64,000 bases of DNA from Phoronis australis. Its lineage: Eukaryota; Animalia; Phoronida. Position 1 is the stretch's first letter. Every line of letters begins with the position of its first letter. The notes below the pieces were generated by a model that was not told the origin of the DNA, did no database searches, and saw nothing but the letters and a program-made list of their open reading frames with translations. Positions 60,801 to 64,000 of the stretch are shown one piece after another. The position numbers and the translations under genes were made by a program. The DNA lies in the NCBI GenBank assembly GCA_002633005.1, contig NMRA01000349.1, positions 275,106 to 339,105 of the forward strand. The letters are read 5' to 3'.

Positions 60801-63161
60801 TGCACAGATTACAGTAGACAACTACAAGAGCAGTTATTGGTGTATAATGTAAAAAATCTAAGCAAAGTCGAGAGTCAAATAATCCGTAAATGTCATTTGG
60901 AAAGACTGATGTAAATATTTCGTCCACTACAAGTCTCTATAACAAACTTCATACTTGAAGAGACAGTGGAAACCAAACTAGCAAAGTACAAGAACACACG
61001 ATTCCAACACCGTGACAAGCGGTGCGGACAAAAAAGCCTACTCAGGTACCTCCAAAGTTTACACTAGATGGCGCGGTGGTACTAGCCCTGCTCAGTGCCC
61101 CAAATGCAAACTTTCCTGATGTTGTTGTAGCTCCTAGGGATGTAGTCGACGTCCCAGCGCTGGTACCAAAACACAACCCTATAAGAAATTTAAAGTGACG
61201 CTATTCATGCACCACAATGTGGACTTACTGCTCAGACGATGATGATAACAGTCAACCTCAAAAGAACTCCAATGAAATGCTTTGCTAATTCCTCACCACG
61301 GCGACCAGATACAGGCACACAGAATAATTATAAACCGTTCATCACACAGGGTTTGGAATGACCAATGACAAAAAAAGCAGAAATTTTCTCGGCCCAAAAC
61401 GTGCGCACTCCCAGCATTGAAATAGTCGATGTGGACCTTTTGCCGACAAAAATAGGGGGACTAAAAAAAAAAAAAAAACGGTACCACCTCCAAAAGCGTG
61501 TGTCTGCATCTTTTTAGCTCGTCCGTTCACTCCCACCTCCACACATTTGTGGCTGCAGAGTCGTAGTATTTGTCACCGCGGTTTACAATCACACGAGACG
61601 CTTTTGAAGAAATCCACCACGTTAACCCTGCAATGTTGACAATTTACGTTCCTCCGAAACATAAAGAGCAACTTCCGCTTTTCGAGGTGAAAGTCGTCGG
61701 CAACGCCGCGGTAAGAAAGAAATTTGCCACGGAAATTTTACATCAAATCCCATTTTTTTACGCGCAAATATAATAAAACACGCGGACAGAACATTTGAAA
61801 AAAAGCGGAAATCCGCATTTCCACGGAAAATTCCAAGTCTTGATTACAGACAGAAATAAAAGGAAAACTTGACCAGTTTGGGAGGATGACGAGAAGGAAT
61901 TAGTCGGAATGACGAGTCACGACGTTCATTAGTTGTAGTTACACTTTCCCTACAATTTACTAGCCGTCATGACGAGCAAATGGCGTATATATAGTCCCAT
62001 TAATTAACGCAGGTGAAGCATTCACTGAGTGTAACTCTGACACAAGGCTAAGTTATAGTTATTGAGTAGATTTTAGTCTTTTGCATAAACGTAATAAATG
62101 TATTCATTATCGGGGTAAGATGCTATGAAAATCGACAGGTCGCATTTTTCGATCAAGCGAAAATCCCAGTATGTATTTTTGAATTCCAGCTCGCATTCAT
62201 GAATACCAGGTTGCAAAATTTTTGTGGCGTTTTTACTGGCCAAAATTGATTTTTTTAGAACATTGAGAAAATGTTTGGATTATACTCATACTTGTGGTGT
62301 TAAATACTCAAATTTCAGGTCATAAAATTGGGTTCTTACATGCAAGTACGGCGTACCGGTTCTAACTTATGACTAACAAAGAATCAAATGACTCGTTCTT
62401 GTTCAAGAATGATTCTTGAATCTTAGCATAGAATTCATACTTACCAGTATTCGCGGTTGAGCTTGTGGTGTTTGGCTCTGAAATGACACAAATGTTATCT
62501 TGGATTATTCAAAGTTTGCTGCTACAAAAACCAGTTACGAAACACCAGGAAGTGGAAAAATGATAGCGCCATAAAAATGTCAACAACAATCTCATTGCAA
62601 CTTGACACAAAATATTTCGGAGCTGGTCTTCGATGAATTTTAATCGAAAAAGAGGCTATAACTGTTACTGTACAGACGTCGAATTCAACAACAAAATTTC
62701 TTTGCGACTATGCGCTAAGTGCTTGTATCCCTTTAGAACTAAGTAACGAGCACTTTTTGACTAAAAGCTTTTACCAGTTTTAACACACATTGACTTAATA
62801 CCAACAAAAATGAAATAAGCACAACTAAGTGAAAAACCTAGTCTTAAATAAAATGGTTACAACAGCATGTTAGTACAAAGACACCACAGAAACAAAAAAA
62901 CTAACAATAAGGCACTTAGAAACTCGTCTAGTCAAAAATATCTCCTGTTTTTGCAATAGTAATAGTTTCTGAATGAAAAGAACTGTTTGTGACGAGTGTC
63001 TGACGCCGTGATCAGGTACTGCACCGTACACGGATCCTTACTCAGACTAAGACCTCCAGCATCTGACTTACTGGGTCCAAGACCACCAAAGCCAAATGTG
63101 CTTGATCCCGTTGAGGCTCCACCTAGTGAGAACCCCCCAGAAGCTGGGTTGGAACTTCCTC
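42684..63161 (-). CDS. NUP58: Nucleoporin p58/p45 (NUP58/NUPL1), spliced, 5'-partial. Exons 5'->3': 63161-63042, 62477-62445, 61178-61050, 59769-59710, 58504-58442, 57971-57906, 56950-56864, 55968-55941, 53495-53433, 52487-52313, 51913-51834, 50377-50176, 49571-49310, 48619-48557 (duplicate 46884-46822), 42862-42684
   Basis: N-terminal FG/GFSFG-rich exons, then GLGGLDP, then a coiled-coil core (ELKHAEIAQRTRDTPPGLQYENVAPTMYFHRLV...YRQQIEEME...LKKLHETFVALAAQLHGVHEAVKAQKEQYLNYRK...GPTPF) and a C-terminus FQLQSPPTGNKRGKRS*. All are characteristic of Nup58 as recalled. GT-AG boundaries and phases were checked by hand. Confidence 0.95.
45484..48954. repeat. 1.73-kb near-identical direct duplication (45484-47219 / 47221-48954) joined by a single N
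   Basis: The copies differ only by scattered substitutions and small indels; N at 47220. Confidence 0.92.
48557..48619 (-). CDS. NUP58: NUP58 FG exon (TTLFTNTGTGGFSFGSSKPS); identical copy at 46822-46884
   Basis: 63 nt, phase 1-1, atccag| acceptor, |gttagt donor. Confidence 0.82.
49310..49571 (-). CDS. NUP58: NUP58 exon (AQKEQYLNYRKAIHGDTTNVFE...GPTPF...TLFGG)
   Basis: 262 nt, phase 0-1; lies within ORF 49293..49685. Confidence 0.93.
50176..50377 (-). CDS. NUP58: NUP58 exon (YFHRLVDDFE...LHETFVALAAQLHGVHEAVK)
   Basis: 202 nt, phase 2-0; overlaps ORF 50137..50364. Confidence 0.93.
51834..51913 (-). CDS. NUP58: NUP58 exon (ELKHAEIAQRTRDTPPGLQYENVAPT)
   Basis: 80 nt, phase 0-2; conserved Nup58 motif. 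Confidence 0.92.
52313..52487 (-). CDS. NUP58: NUP58 coiled-coil exon (KFLKDQKDVREKIARVSS...EKLKAESAM)
   Basis: 175 nt, phase 2-0; lies within ORF 52292..52510. Confidence 0.92.
53433..53495 (-). CDS. NUP58: NUP58 exon (TKSAKEEQIPGELIQDITKF)
   Basis: 63 nt, phase 2-2, |gtaagt donor. Confidence 0.85.
53608..53753. mobile_element. Small Harbinger-like MITE
   Basis: Imperfect TIRs GGCCCAGTTCCATAAAA / TTTTATGCAACCCAGCC; CTG on both flanks. Confidence 0.55.
54288..55857. mobile_element. ~1.57-kb TIR element with ATTGACCT termini
   Basis: AATTGACCTTACGCCAG / CTGGCGTAAGGTCAATT perfect inverted ends. Confidence 0.7.
55941..55968 (-). CDS. NUP58: NUP58 micro-exon (GAVGSGGKS)
   Basis: 28 nt, phase 1-2; needed to connect the reading frame; |gtgagt donor. 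Confidence 0.75.
56035..56285. repeat. 21-bp minisatellite in a NUP58 intron
   Basis: (GAGCCATGTTTGAAAAGCTCA)n-like, about 10 units. Confidence 0.9.
56864..56950 (-). CDS. NUP58: NUP58 exon (STLSQAAATVAPKIGLGGLDPTTTSTAS)
   Basis: 87 nt, phase 1-1; contains the GLGG(L/I)D motif. Confidence 0.85.
57906..57971 (-). CDS. NUP58: NUP58 exon (TPGVGLSLGNTTLGLGATSSQ)
   Basis: 66 nt, phase 1-1, ttttacag| acceptor, |gtatg donor. Confidence 0.8.
58442..58504 (-). CDS. NUP58: NUP58 FG exon (ASTTTTPSTSGFSFGNAVNT)
   Basis: 63 nt, phase 1-1, |gtaagg donor. Confidence 0.82.
59710..59769 (-). CDS. NUP58: NUP58 FG exon (STTTTSGVGGFSFGNALNT)
   Basis: 60 nt, phase 1-1, |gtaagg donor. Confidence 0.82.
60245..60520. 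mobile_element. MITE-like foldback
   Basis: CCACCTGAACT...TTTGTCTCTTAAAAAT at the left, mirrored by ATTTTTAAGAGACAAA...AGTTCAGGTGG at the right. Confidence 0.55.
61050..61178 (-). CDS. NUP58: NUP58 FG exon (GLCFGTSAG...GKFAFGALSR...VNFG)
   Basis: 129 nt, phase 1-1; the donor (gtacct) is weak. Confidence 0.65.
62445..62477 (-). CDS. NUP58: NUP58 small exon (KPNTTSSTANT)
   Basis: 33 nt, tttcag| acceptor, |gtaagt donor, phase 1-1. Confidence 0.7.
63042..63161 (-). CDS. NUP58: NUP58 FG exon (GSSNPASGGFSLGGASTGSSTFGFGGLGPSKSDAGGLSL)
   Basis: 120 nt, phase 1-1, gacag| acceptor, |gtaagg donor. Confidence 0.88.
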
Positions 63162-63496
63162 CTGTCAATAAAGAATTACAGTGACAGTAGTCCCTATATC
63201 ACGGCGAATGTAACAGCACGGAAATCAAGCACTTATTACTATTCGCTTTTCATTCTGCACTTTGCATGTTCACCTAGCGATGAACTCTGGACCTCTACCA
63301 TTCACTAGGCTCATTACCTGGCACTGGGTTCACTACTAATTATAATATGTCATAAGGTCAAAACCTATGAGAATAAGATGGCCGACGGCTTTAGTCACCA
63401 TTGTTACAAAGAAGTGAAAAGAAGCGAAATATAATGAGGTAAGATGGTTCATGACGTCGTAAGTATGAAAATTTTGAGACATCCAGTTGAGAAAAC

Positions 63497-63803
63497 AGAT
63501 CAAGTTTGAGTCTAATACTGGAATAGAAAAATGTGAAGAAGACTGGTTCAAAGGGGGTGTAAAGGAAGCTCTCCATGAGCGCATTGAGAGTCCCTCTTTA
63601 AATAAAAGAGGCGGTTTATGATTCGATTTTGTCACACGTATGGGATGATGTACTGACGTCAATGCCGCGCCGTTTAGCCAAAACGCCACCAATTGGCCAG
63701 AATAACGATAACGTCACAAGCCAAGCTGAAGTCCGTGAGATGCGGACGCAACGTCGCTAATTTTTGTAAGTTAAAATTCCAGTATTAGACTCAAACTTGA
63801 TCT
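63497..63803 (+). mobile_element. Penelope-like element 3' end/pseudo-LTR relic
   Basis: Translates EEDWFKGGVKEALHERIESPSLNKRGGL*, resembling the Penelope GIY-YIG C-terminus (WFERGVKEA...PSLN..GG); bounded by a perfect 28-bp inverted repeat. Confidence 0.72.
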
Positions 63804-64000
63804 CACATCATAAGTACTTAACGGAACTAAACGGTTAGCAGCCCAACACTCAAGAACTACTTTGCACCTATGTCCATTTCACGGAATCTGGGAAAAAGTT
63901 CCATGTACCTTCAGCTCTCTTTGAGCTGATGTATGAGCCATACTGTTACTGGGGCCCATTATAAGCCCGTTGAAAAGTGACCAGGTAAGTATGGCCTAAT

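Overview
AT-rich animal genomic DNA, inferred to be a marine invertebrate and plausibly a mollusc, with one 933-nt N gap and two single Ns. Two intron-rich genes converge tail to tail. A FAM114A (Noxp20/FAM114A2-like) gene lies on + with 7 coding exons recovered by hand (4860-40810); its 5' part is upstream of the window. Nucleoporin NUP58 lies on - with 15 coding exons (42684-63161); its first exon is beyond the window end. The FAM114A introns hold most of the unusual material. (i) An intronless antisense 105-aa acidic C4HC3 PHD-like ORF is followed directly by two tandem canonical histone 3' stem-loops and a possible HDE, although it is not a histone. (ii) A tandemly duplicated antisense cassette encodes an EEP-superfamily nuclease/phosphatase plus a heptad coil, followed by a decaying C2H2 repeat array; one copy is split by a Harbinger-type MITE. 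(iii) Nested non-autonomous transposons are abundant, including HINE/Helentron-like elements with a CTCF-like motif about every 150 bp. NUP58 has a candidate stop-containing cassette exon that could give a Nup45-like short isoform, and a 1.7-kb duplication that is probably an assembly artefact. All calls were made by eye; no searches were run.
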